NCBI GenBank assembly: GCA_038243585.1
Contig: JBBSQY010000007.1
Coordinates: 33,445 to 97,444, forward strand
Length of the DNA: 64,000 nucleotides
Direction: 5' to 3'
Origin: Candidatus Sumerlaeales bacterium
Lineage (GTDB): Bacteria > Sumerlaeota > Sumerlaeia > Sumerlaeales > Sumerlaeaceae
Shown here: piece by piece, positions 17,936-28,136 of the stretch
Layout of the letters: every line of letters begins with the position of its first letter
How positions within the stretch are numbered: the first letter of the stretch is position 1
Program-made: the position numbers and the translations under genes
The notes under the pieces: generated by a model
Seen by the model: the letters and a program-made list of their open reading frames with translations, nothing else
Told to the model about the DNA's origin: nothing
The model's database searches: none

Positions 17936-19516
17936 TTAGATCACCCGCACGTATTCTTCACGCTCAATTCGCCAGACGGGGATACCGCAATACCGGTCAC
18001 CTTCCGGGCAGATTGGCTTTGCGCCTGCGTGTTTTCGGAGGCCACAGGGGGGCAGAAGCCAGCGCCCGATCTCTGGGTTTACCTTCGTCACTGCAAGCGC
18101 CTCGTCCAGGCTGGCTCGCCAGATTTCTTCCTGGGCGTTATAGCAGAGGCGCATAGCCATTTTGTGGTGCAGATTGAGAAGATCGCCGCTTTCTGTGAAC
18201 CGCACCTTGACGGCGTTAGGCAGCAGGTAGGCCGCGAACTCTGGCGATTCGCCTGCGTCCAGCAGTCCGTTAACCGCGGTCCATGATTCTGCCATAGCAT
18301 CCTCGTAGCGGCGCTTAACGGCTTCGTTTACCTTCACCGGTTCGGGGACAATGAAATCCGGCTCGCCAGTGAAATGACGCATCAGCACGGGCCGCGATGC
18401 GGGAACCATCCGGTGTCGCTGATCCTGGCTATCGCCGGCGTGGCTGAGCACCTTCTTGAAGACATAGTGCGCGTGATACATGGCGCGGGAAAGCTTCGAG
18501 ACGCTGGTCAGGTTCAGGTTCTCACCCATCAGGTTGTTCTGTGCAGGGTCAAGCACCAGCCGCAGGGCGTCCACGTCCGGCAGGTCCGCCGTTGCCAGTC
18601 CCAATACCTCGCGCACGCCGGAAGCAACGCTTTGCTCGTTACGCGCGCCCCAGTCTGTCAACACGCTGTACTTGCCGCCCAGTTCCGTGTCAAATTCGGT
18701 GGTAAACCGTTTCGCCCCCGCGCGATCCACTTCCTGCAGACCAAACTGCTGAAACGCCCGGTATTCAGGCGTCTCTTCCAGCGGCATCGGCTCGCGCAGG
18801 ATCGACTCAAAATCTGGTTCTGCTCGCAGCAGCTCGGCCACCATAGCACCCACCACCTGCCGCTGCTCCGCCGGGGTATCGAATTGACCACACAGGCGGT
18901 AGTACCGCAGCAATGTCACTACGCTCACCGTGTGATACAGATAGGCATGCGTCGCCAGGGGCAGCGCATAGCGCCCCACTTCCTGCGCGCGCTTCTTGAT
19001 GTCCGTCTCGGCTCGTTTCGTATCGTATCGTCCCCGAAAGCGCGCGTAATACTGCTCAGCGACGACAGGCTTCAGCATCTCCGTCAGCTCGCGGTATGCC
19101 TCCATCTGTCGCTGCACGCACGACCGAAACGCCGCCTGTCCTGGCGCTGAAAGCCCGTCCGGGACATGGAAATTCTCTTCCTTCACCGAAACGTAACGCT
19201 GGCTCACCTGCTCCGAATTGTAAAACGGGTGCGAGTGCAGAAAGCTCCAGATAAAATGCCGCGAAATGCCGTCCATGGCGAACTGCGCGTGGGCATGCTG
19301 GAGCGTCGTATGATGCCCCGCCTTAAACAGCGACTGCGCCAGCGCGAATTTCCGTTCCCGCTTCTGCTCCAGCAGGCTCGGCTCCGCGCCTGCTGGCCCA
19401 GACACATCTTCATGGGTCACAATGCCCTTGGCCGAATAACAAGTCCGCGCCGTCGCCACGAAGTTGTCATAGGCATGGCTGAACAGGTTAACAAGGCGGA
19501 TCGTAGGCGCGGTCAT
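17936..19516 (-). CDS. thyX: Tandem-domain FAD-dependent thymidylate synthase (ThyX-like)
   Basis: Domain 1: ARTCY, GHHTTLQH, ISR, EQVSQRY, RYALP. Domain 2: QDQRHR, AYLLPN, RLCYNAQEEI; C-terminal CPE..C motif. Confidence 0.8.
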   Translation of the reverse strand: MTAPTIRLVNLFSHAYDNFVATARTCYSAKGIVTHEDVSGPAGAEPSLLEQKRERKFALAQSLFKAGHHTTLQHAHAQFAMDGISRHFIWSFLHSHPFYNSEQVSQRYVSVKEENFHVPDGLSAPGQAAFRSCVQRQMEAYRELTEMLKPVVAEQYYARFRGRYDTKRAETDIKKRAQEVGRYALPLATHAYLYHTVSVVTLLRYYRLCGQFDTPAEQRQVVGAMVAELLRAEPDFESILREPMPLEETPEYRAFQQFGLQEVDRAGAKRFTTEFDTELGGKYSVLTDWGARNEQSVASGVREVLGLATADLPDVDALRLVLDPAQNNLMGENLNLTSVSKLSRAMYHAHYVFKKVLSHAGDSQDQRHRMVPASRPVLMRHFTGEPDFIVPEPVKVNEAVKRRYEDAMAESWTAVNGLLDAGESPEFAAYLLPNAVKVRFTESGDLLNLHHKMAMRLCYNAQEEIWRASLDEALAVTKVNPEIGRWLLPPCGLRKHAGAKPICPEGDRYCGIPVWRIEREEYVRVI

Positions 19517-19707
19517 GGGCAGTTTCCAGGGTAGATAAATTCTGATGGTGGATTTTGGTCAGGGTTCATCAAACTTGTTGTTAGAACACAAATCACAACC
19601 TGGTATTTTACAAGCGTATCAGAACGCTTAAACTATGCTGCATCCAAAGCGAGTATCTATTATGAGATGGCTCAGAAAATTGCCAAGGCAATTGCGGAGG
19701 ATAAAAG

Positions 19708-19986
19708 ATGGAGCAGACTGAAGAAATATCCGAGTTTGCTTCGGCCGCCTCTGCATTCGCTGCTGCAAAGCGGAACTATTGGAAGATAGCTATCCCGTAT
19801 TTATTTGTATTAATAATGGAAAGCGCTTTTACTATATATAAGTTTAAGGCCGACATTTCTGACACCCGCATTTGGCTGCCGGGTTTTTTAAACGGTCTTT
19901 TAATGTTTGCTCTTCTACATCCCATAATTGTGGTAGCCATATACTTTTGCCAACTCAGCGATTCTTTGAAAAGAAAACCCAGATAA
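19708..19986 (+). CDS. Small AT-rich two-TM hypothetical protein
   Basis: GGAGG RBS and two hydrophobic segments; fills an intergenic gap. Confidence 0.45.
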   Translation: MEQTEEISEFASAASAFAAAKRNYWKIAIPYLFVLIMESAFTIYKFKADISDTRIWLPGFLNGLLMFALLHPIIVVAIYFCQLSDSLKRKPR

Positions 19987-20005
19987 ATCCCTGCTTCACG
20001 CAATG

Positions 20006-20164
20006 CTATTTTCCTGCCTGATTTCTTGCGCCCGTCTTCTTTATAACGTTGAATCCTCTTTCCAGCAAATACGTTACTGTATCTTCAAAGCTCTCATTTC
20101 TCTCAATAGCATGAAGTTGCACACGACGAAATAAGCCGTCTGGGATGTGCAAAGCAGCCTTCAA
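20006..20164 (-). CDS. Ribbon-helix-helix / antitoxin-like small protein
   Basis: TTG start after GGAG; MKAALHIPDGLFRRVQLHAIERNESFEDTVTYLLERG fits the RHH pattern. Confidence 0.55.
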   Translation of the reverse strand: MKAALHIPDGLFRRVQLHAIERNESFEDTVTYLLERGFNVIKKTGARNQAGK

Positions 20165-20180
20165 GCTGCTTTCTCCCTTT

Positions 20181-21629
<1,449 letters not shown>

Positions 21630-21808
21630 AATGTTTAATAACCCCGGATTGAAAAGCTATGCCAGAAGAAGCTGATAATAGGACGCCCGTAGCCTGACGC
21701 CGACTTGTTCAAGTCAGATATTATCCCGGCGCTGCCAGAGACGGGTGTTAGTACTATGCGCATGATTATTCTGAATTTCAATTGTTTGACTGCCATCCGC
21801 CTCGTTAT

Positions 21809-21827
21809 GTGCAATTGATAATTGCAC
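21809..21827. promoter_or_regulatory. Palindromic operator-like site between the divergent regulator and helicase genes
   Basis: GTGCAATT-GAT-AATTGCAC perfect 8-bp inverted repeat. Confidence 0.45.
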
Positions 21828-21898
21828 GTTCCTATTTTACCCGTTTGTCATACATTATCAGTCATTCATCTTAGTTTTTATCGGCCACGCACCCCATC

Positions 21899-23638
21899 AT
21901 GGATATTCCTCGCGCATTCTCCCTCGAGTTGCTTGAAAATAAACGTATTGCAGTTACATTTCCCTATAACGATGATATAATCAGTCGCCTGCGTTCACTG
22001 TCAGACAGAAAATGGGATCCGGAGAAGAAGCGGTGGGAGGTTAGCATTTGCCACCTCCATGACCTGCTGGATATTTTCGGCCTTCAGATGGCCGATTTGG
22101 ATCGCAACATCCTCCGGTGCTACCAGATGTACCGCATCCGCCATGGGCGGGCGCGCATTTCTGTCGGAAACTGCCATGCGGTGCTGTCGGGGGTAAGTCT
22201 TCCGCTGGAAAAAATCGACCGTGCCACGGCGTTTCATGTACCCGGCTACCGATTTATGACGCGTTTTAAAAAGGGGGCCTGGGATGGGAAACGCCATTTG
22301 TTTAAGGCGGCGGGACAGACTTTTCCGAGCGGTTTGGTTTCGAGGGTCTCGCGGATCGTGGGCGAGGCGGGGGTAGACTGTGACATTTGCCTGCCGGAGG
22401 AACCCGATTCGTGTCGGCTCAATCTTTCTATGGGTAGTTATTCGGCTAGGGAAGTGCAGGCAGACCCGAACGGGAAAGGTCCGTCGCCCTGCCGCCCTAC
22501 CGCTCTACGAGATTATCAAACGGAATGCGTGGGAATTGCACTGGCGAAGCGTCGCGGAATTATTGAGATTGCGACAGGCGGCGGCAAAACTTTAATCGCC
22601 GCGCATATCATTCGCCACATCGATCGACCTGCTCTGTTCCTGGTGCATACCCGGGATCTGCTGTATCAGACCATCCGGGTGCTGGAACGGGAACTGGGGA
22701 TGCCGATCGGCTGCGCGGGAGACGGGAAGCTGGACATTCAGCCCGTAACGGTGGGCACTGTGCAGACCTGTGCGCGGGCGCTGGACATTAAACTGGATCA
22801 GTCGCCGGACGACGATGAACTGCTCGAAACGGAACATACGGCATCGACGGGAGGCACGGACGAGCTAACCCAGTTGATCAGGACTGTGCCCGTGGTGTTT
22901 TTTGACGAGTGTCATCATCTGCCGGCGGAAACGGCTTATGGCCTGGCGATGGAAATGGAGGGAGCGGCATGGCGGTACGGGCTGAGCGCAACGCCGTATC
23001 GGGCGGATCGGCAGGAGATTTTGATGGAGGCGGCGCTGGGGCCAAAGTTTTTTTGCGCCCGGGCATCTCTCCTGATCGACCTGGGTTTTCTTGTGGCTCC
23101 AAAAATTAAATTCCTTCATGTGCAGCCGGCCGCCGCTTGTTCCGGGAAATATGATTACCAGGACGTTTACACTATCTACATTGTGGAAAACAAGGCGCGC
23201 AACCGGATGATTGTCGAGGCTGCGAAGGCACTGGCAGCGGAAGGGAAATCTGTGTTGATCCTGGTCAGTCATGTGCGCCACGGAAATGCGTTAAAGTCGC
23301 TCATAGGAGATGCTCAACTGGTCCAGGGGACAGACCCGGCAGAGCATCGGCAGAGGGCGTTTTCGGCGCTGGCAGATAAGTCAAAACTGATCTTGATTGC
23401 GACAACTCTTGCGGATGAAGGGCTGGATCTGCCTAGTCTGGACTGCGTTATTTTGGCCGGGGCCGGGCGCAGCGAAACGCGGGCGCTGCAACGGATAGGG
23501 CGCGCCCTGCGGACGGCGCCGGGGAAGACCGGAGCTACAATTATTGACTTCATGGATAACGCACCCTACCTTAGGGAGCACGCCGCAGACCGGCTGGAGC
23601 TTTACCGATCAGAGCCAAGGTTTGTGGTGGAATTTTAA
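21899..23638 (+). CDS. SF2 DEAD/DEAH helicase, UvsW/SSL2-like, with N-terminal HARP-like domain
   Basis: LRDYQ, ATGGGKT, DECHH, LSATP, EGLDLP and QRIGRALR motifs; FPYN...RKWDPEKKRW (HARP-like); PGYRF...WDGKRHLF (UvsW-like). Confidence 0.88.
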   Translation: MDIPRAFSLELLENKRIAVTFPYNDDIISRLRSLSDRKWDPEKKRWEVSICHLHDLLDIFGLQMADLDRNILRCYQMYRIRHGRARISVGNCHAVLSGVSLPLEKIDRATAFHVPGYRFMTRFKKGAWDGKRHLFKAAGQTFPSGLVSRVSRIVGEAGVDCDICLPEEPDSCRLNLSMGSYSAREVQADPNGKGPSPCRPTALRDYQTECVGIALAKRRGIIEIATGGGKTLIAAHIIRHIDRPALFLVHTRDLLYQTIRVLERELGMPIGCAGDGKLDIQPVTVGTVQTCARALDIKLDQSPDDDELLETEHTASTGGTDELTQLIRTVPVVFFDECHHLPAETAYGLAMEMEGAAWRYGLSATPYRADRQEILMEAALGPKFFCARASLLIDLGFLVAPKIKFLHVQPAAACSGKYDYQDVYTIYIVENKARNRMIVEAAKALAAEGKSVLILVSHVRHGNALKSLIGDAQLVQGTDPAEHRQRAFSALADKSKLILIATTLADEGLDLPSLDCVILAGAGRSETRALQRIGRALRTAPGKTGATIIDFMDNAPYLREHAADRLELYRSEPRFVVEF

Positions 23639-23718
23639 AAGCCTGCGAAGACGGCGGCGGCCCGCCACCGCCTAAACTTTAAGCGGGGCGGGGCGGGCAA
23701 TCACCCCTTGCTCGTTGG

Positions 23719-23743
23719 CACAGGCGAGACGCCTCTGCTACTT
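23719..23743 (-). repeat. GTAG-type REP element
   Basis: CACAGGCGAGACGCCTCTGCTACTT between convergent genes. Confidence 0.75.
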
Positions 23744-23746
23744 TAG

Positions 23747-24784
23747 TTAGCGTTTAACTTTTATCCTTTTGCCGGTGGCTGCGCTTTCAAATGCGGCCAG
23801 GGCGACGGCCAGGCTGCTGTGGCCCGCATCTATGCCTGGTATGTCTGTAACTGTTTTCTTACCAAGACAAAACTTGATGAACGATTCCATCTGCAGCGGC
23901 CAGTTGTCGAAGCCGTTGAAGCCGGCGATGGTGGTCTCCTTCTGCGTTGTGGAGCCGTCGGGTTTGGTAATGCCGGTGGTCAACACGCCCTCCTGACCCA
24001 TGGGCAGGCGAAGGCTGCCTTTGTCTCCGAAAACTTCTATGCCCGTGAATCCGGAGGAGCTGGTCCAGCCAACTTCCATGTAGCCCAGACACTGGGCCTG
24101 TTTGCCGAAGTCGAAGAGCGCTATGGCGTTATCGTCCACCTGGATTTTTTTGCGGAGGGTTTTTACTTCCGCCTGGACGGTTTCGATGGGGCCGATGAAG
24201 TACTGGCAGATGTCTATGGCGTGGATGCCCATATCAAGCATTGCGCCGCCGCCGGCGATGTTCTTTTTGTAGAACCAATCACTTTGCGCCCATCCCGGAT
24301 AGGGGCCTGTGTGGGCATAGCGCACGCGCATCATGTATGGCTTGCCGATGGCGTTTTTGTCGATCAGTTTTTTTGCGGCGGCGTTTGCCATAAAGAAGCG
24401 GTGGGAAAAAGCGACCATGAATTTGACGGGATGCTCTTGCAAATTCTGCTGTAGCTTCCGCGATTCCGCGAGAGTCAGGGTTATGGGTTTTTCCAGCAAA
24501 ATATTGATATCGGCCTGAATGACGTCAGAGGCGATTTCAAAATGAAATTTATTTGGAACGCAGACGGAGACGGCGTCGAGGCTTTCGTTGGCCAGCATTT
24601 TTTTGTAGTCGCGATACCGCTTCTCAGGAGCGACGCCAAAGGTCTCGCCCATTTCGTCCAGGCGGGTTTTGTTAATGTCGCAGATGGCGGTGATCTGAAC
24701 GGTCTTTGGGGCGGCGGCGTAGCCTTTCAGATGATAGGCGCCTACGGCGCCGACGCCGATGACGCCGATGGAGAGCTTGGGCAT
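23747..24784 (-). CDS. Gfo/Idh/MocA-family oxidoreductase
   Basis: GVIGVGAVG, LLEKP and GGGAMLDMGIHAID motifs. Confidence 0.93.
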   Translation of the reverse strand: MPKLSIGVIGVGAVGAYHLKGYAAAPKTVQITAICDINKTRLDEMGETFGVAPEKRYRDYKKMLANESLDAVSVCVPNKFHFEIASDVIQADINILLEKPITLTLAESRKLQQNLQEHPVKFMVAFSHRFFMANAAAKKLIDKNAIGKPYMMRVRYAHTGPYPGWAQSDWFYKKNIAGGGAMLDMGIHAIDICQYFIGPIETVQAEVKTLRKKIQVDDNAIALFDFGKQAQCLGYMEVGWTSSSGFTGIEVFGDKGSLRLPMGQEGVLTTGITKPDGSTTQKETTIAGFNGFDNWPLQMESFIKFCLGKKTVTDIPGIDAGHSSLAVALAAFESAATGKRIKVKR

Positions 24785-24931
24785 TTCCGGGATTCCTTGG
24801 TTAATTTGTGGGGCGGTTTGGTTCTACCGGGATGAGGCGGGTTTAAGCGGTGGGAGTCGCGCATTGTGTGTAATTATCGGCGGCGCAGGCGAAAAGATAG
24901 ACATTCGTGTCGGTTCGTCTTCGGTGTTGAG

Positions 24932-25900
24932 TTAGTCGTGTTGTTTTCTGCCTTCGATCAGCCGTTGCATTACTATGAAGAGCAGCAGCAGGGCTGCGAT
25001 TCCAATCTTCGTCCACCAGGAATTGAGGCTTCCTTCGAAGGCTATTGACGTCTGGATGATGCCGAAGATGAGCACACCTATGAACGTTCCGAAGACGCCG
25101 CCGATGCCGCCGGTGAGGAGGGTGCCGCCGATGACCACTGCGGCGATGGCATCCAGCTCAAGGGCCACGCCTGTGGTCGCGTTTCCGCTGAAACTGTACA
25201 TGGTATAAACGATGCCAGCGAGGGCGGAGCAGAGACCGCTGACGGCGTAAACGCTCACACGGGTCAGGCCGACAGGTATGCCCATCAGCAGCGAGGCGTC
25301 TTCGTTCCCGCCGATGGCGTACACGTTGCGCCCAAAGGTGGTGTATCGTGCCACGAGGATGCCCAATATGACGATGACTCCGTATACGATGGGCACGGCG
25401 CCCATAGCGGTGTTTTCACCCAGGCTAATGGAGAAACCCAGGAGGCTCCCGTACCACGGATGAACGATGGGAATGGATTCCAGGCTGATGACGAGGGCCA
25501 GGCCGCGGCCCATGAACATTCCGGCCAGCGTAACCAGGAACGCCGGCAGCTTGAACACCTGAATGATGCCGCCCATGATGGCTCCAAAAAGGGTGCCGGC
25601 GGCGACCATGATTAGGCCTGCGGATACCGGGTGCCATCCCTTCTGTTCGATGAGGACGACCATGCCGATGCTGACCAGGGCAATAACGGACCCGACGGAT
25701 AAATCAATACCGCCGGACAGGATGACAAAGGTCATTCCGACGGCGACGATGCCGAGGACGGCGTTGTCAGACAAAAAATTGACGAACACCTGGAGCGTTG
25801 CGAAGTTTTCGAATCGGAACGCGGAAGCCAGATAGAGCGCCAGGCATACGAGTACGGTGGCGAAACGGGGGATGGATGAGGCGGACAGGGAAAGTTTCAT
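24932..25900 (-). CDS. yjfF: Sugar ABC transporter permease, YjfF-like
   Basis: True start MKLSL overlaps the upstream stop (ATGA); GMTFVILSGGIDLSVGS, GRNVYAIGGN, ELDAIAAVVIGG and SWWTKI motifs. Confidence 0.85.
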   Translation of the reverse strand: MKLSLSASSIPRFATVLVCLALYLASAFRFENFATLQVFVNFLSDNAVLGIVAVGMTFVILSGGIDLSVGSVIALVSIGMVVLIEQKGWHPVSAGLIMVAAGTLFGAIMGGIIQVFKLPAFLVTLAGMFMGRGLALVISLESIPIVHPWYGSLLGFSISLGENTAMGAVPIVYGVIVILGILVARYTTFGRNVYAIGGNEDASLLMGIPVGLTRVSVYAVSGLCSALAGIVYTMYSFSGNATTGVALELDAIAAVVIGGTLLTGGIGGVFGTFIGVLIFGIIQTSIAFEGSLNSWWTKIGIAALLLLFIVMQRLIEGRKQHD

Positions 25901-26886
25901 GACTGCGCCCCGCGCCGTTTTCTGAACCCGCCAAACAATTTTTCGCGGACGGTGCTGGATTGCAGGATACATACGATAAGGATGACGGAGGCCTTTACGA
26001 CCTGCGTCCATTCCATCTGAATGCCGCGGGCGAGGATCGTCGTGGTGAGGGCCTGCATGAGCAACGCGCCTATGACGGATCCGAGGAGAAGAAAGCGTCC
26101 GCCGGTCAGAGCCGTGCCGCCGATTACGACGGCGAGGATGGCGTCGAGCTCCGCGTAGAGTCCTGCGGTGTTTGAGTCTGCCGTTCCAATGTCTGCTGCG
26201 GCTACGATGCCGGCGAGGGCGGCGCATATACCGGCGGTGGCATAGGCGAACAGCAGCGTGCCGGGGACTGGCAAGCCGCTGAGGCGGCTGGCTTTCGGGC
26301 TGTTGCCTACGGCTTCAATGTATAGCCCCAAAGCTGTTTTACGGACAAGGAGGCCCAGGATCGTAATGGTAATGACAATGAGGGTTACGCTGAACGGCAA
26401 CCGCAGGAAAAAGCCGCTTCCGAAGCGCTCCAGGAAACCGTTGCTGAAGGTTTCCGGCTGACCGTCCGTTAAAAGCTGAGCGACGCCGCGCCCGCTGACC
26501 ATCAGGATGAGGGTGGCAACAATAGGTTGAATACCGATAAACGCGACCAGTCCGCCGTTGATAAGGCCGGCCAGCAGGCCCGCCGCCAACGCCATTGCCA
26601 TGGCTGCGGGGCCGCTCCAGCCGTCGTTTACAGCGAGGGCGGCGACGGCGCCAGATATGGCCATCACAGAACCGACGCTGAGATCGATGCCGCCAGTGGC
26701 AATGACGAGAGTCATGCCGAGGGCTAACAAAGTGACCGGCGCGGCGCGATCCAGGATGTCAATAAGGCTGCCGTATAAATGACCGTCACGGACTTCGAGG
26801 TTGAAAAAACCGGGGGTGAAAATCGCGTTGAGGCCCAGCAAAAGCGCCAGGGCTATGAGAGCCCAGATAAGATTTTGATTTTTCAT
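25897..26886 (-). CDS. ytfT: Sugar ABC transporter permease, YtfT-like
   Basis: DGHLYGSLIDIL, GIQPIVATLILMVSGRGVAQL and ELDAILAVVIGG motifs. Confidence 0.88.
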   Translation of the reverse strand: MKNQNLIWALIALALLLGLNAIFTPGFFNLEVRDGHLYGSLIDILDRAAPVTLLALGMTLVIATGGIDLSVGSVMAISGAVAALAVNDGWSGPAAMAMALAAGLLAGLINGGLVAFIGIQPIVATLILMVSGRGVAQLLTDGQPETFSNGFLERFGSGFFLRLPFSVTLIVITITILGLLVRKTALGLYIEAVGNSPKASRLSGLPVPGTLLFAYATAGICAALAGIVAAADIGTADSNTAGLYAELDAILAVVIGGTALTGGRFLLLGSVIGALLMQALTTTILARGIQMEWTQVVKASVILIVCILQSSTVREKLFGGFRKRRGAQS

Positions 26887-27295
26887 AAGTTAGAACTTTT
26901 AGGGATAGTGGGGTTTGTCACGTGTTAAAAAGCCGAAGTGAAGTTTGATTCATGAAAGCGTGGCGTCAAGGGCTTTGGAGCGGGCGGGGGGGATTTGACA
27001 CAGAAAAACTGGAGGAAAGGAGAAGCAAAAGAAAAACGGCGATGTGCCCCTACGCATCTCCTTTGATGACTTTCACTGTCATGCTTTTCGTTTCGGCTAC
27101 CATGTGTGCGGGCAACATAAACTTTAGCGGTTAATCAAATTTCAGCTTTGAGTATAGTGTTGTCCCCTTCATAAATAGAGAGACGAATTACTCGCTCAAG
27201 TTTTAAGCAATTATTTTTTAGAAATGCCTATTTTTTGTTGCAATATGAAGCTGCCTTCGCTTGCATGATGAAATATTATTTCTTAAGGAGAAATC

Positions 27296-27550
27296 ATGTT
27301 TAAAAAGGTCGCGGTAGTTGCGGTTCTTGCCGCAACAGTATTTGCAGTAAGCAGCGCCGAAGCACGTTACGTGCAAAGTTGCAGCTCGCGCTGGGTTCCT
27401 GATTACCCGGTGTATCCGCAGGTTGTGGCACCACCAGTAATTCAGCAGCCGTATTATCCTGTGGCCGCATATCAGCCATATCCATATTATCCGCAGTACC
27501 CAATGGGCCATGGGCACCAGCACGGCAATCATGTCGACTGGTATAATTGA
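27296..27550 (+). CDS. Small secreted Tyr/Pro/Gln-rich protein
   Basis: TAAGGAG RBS; signal peptide ending AEA; YPV/QQPYY low-complexity body; His-rich tail. Confidence 0.7.
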   Translation: MFKKVAVVAVLAATVFAVSSAEARYVQSCSSRWVPDYPVYPQVVAPPVIQQPYYPVAAYQPYPYYPQYPMGHGHQHGNHVDWYN

Positions 27551-27639
27551 TTATACAGTCTCGCCTCGTACTGGTTTGATATGAGAGTATTGCTACTTCG
27601 CAGCATGAATCCACATAATTTAAATTTAGGAGAACATCA

Positions 27640-28057
27640 ATGAAGCGCATCCTGGGCGGCTTTTTAGTCGCTACGCTTGCTTTTGGAAGCGTTCCAGCGC
27701 AAGCTGGCGACACAGCCAATGTTTTAGGAGGTCTGCTCGCTGTTGGCCTTGTAGGTGCTGCAATTAATAACAGCATGCAGCACCAAAGCCATAACGACCA
27801 CCATGATAATCATTATAAACCATGGCTATGCTTATTCAACGCCAGTTTATCAACAGCCGTATGTTTACCAGCAGCCCTATGTATACCAGCAGCCGGTCGT
27901 TTATCAACAACCCGTGGCATACCAGCAGCCTGTTGTTTATCAACAGCCCGCCGCCACCTATGTGCAGCCGGTATCTAGTGGCTATGCCTATCCGCAGAAT
28001 TATGGCTATACCTATCCAACAACGAGCTACACCACCGGCTATTCCTACGGGTATTAA
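27640..28057 (+). pseudogene. Secreted YQQP-repeat protein split by a +1 frameshift (pseudogene or sequence error)
   Basis: AGGAG RBS and signal peptide in one frame, YQQP repeats in another. Removing one A at 27817-27819 (CATTATAAACCATGGC) joins them into a 138-aa ORF. Confidence 0.7.
27848..27955 (+). repeat. Six 18-nt coding tandem repeats (YQQPxx)
   Basis: YQQPYV YQQPYV YQQPVV YQQPVA YQQPVV YQQPAA with synonymous codon variation. Confidence 0.85.
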
Positions 28058-28095
28058 TAAAGAGCTTTTGTGAGTTTTGCAGCATTTAAAACTAC

Positions 28096-28132
28096 GGCAG
28101 CCCTGCTATGCTATTAGCAAGGCTGCCTTTTT
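28096..28132 (+). terminator. Rho-independent terminator
   Basis: GGCAGCC...GGCTGCC followed by TTTTT, between convergent genes. Confidence 0.7.
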
Positions 28133-28136
28133 GCGT

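Noticed and set aside
25901..26227. Arg-rich N-terminal extension of the 431-aa ORF
   Set aside because: Overlaps ytfT out of frame; the real start is the ATGA-coupled ATG at 25900.
27530..27550. HVDWYN ending as a third DWQLY tag
   Set aside because: Spacing between W and Y differs; too short to support.
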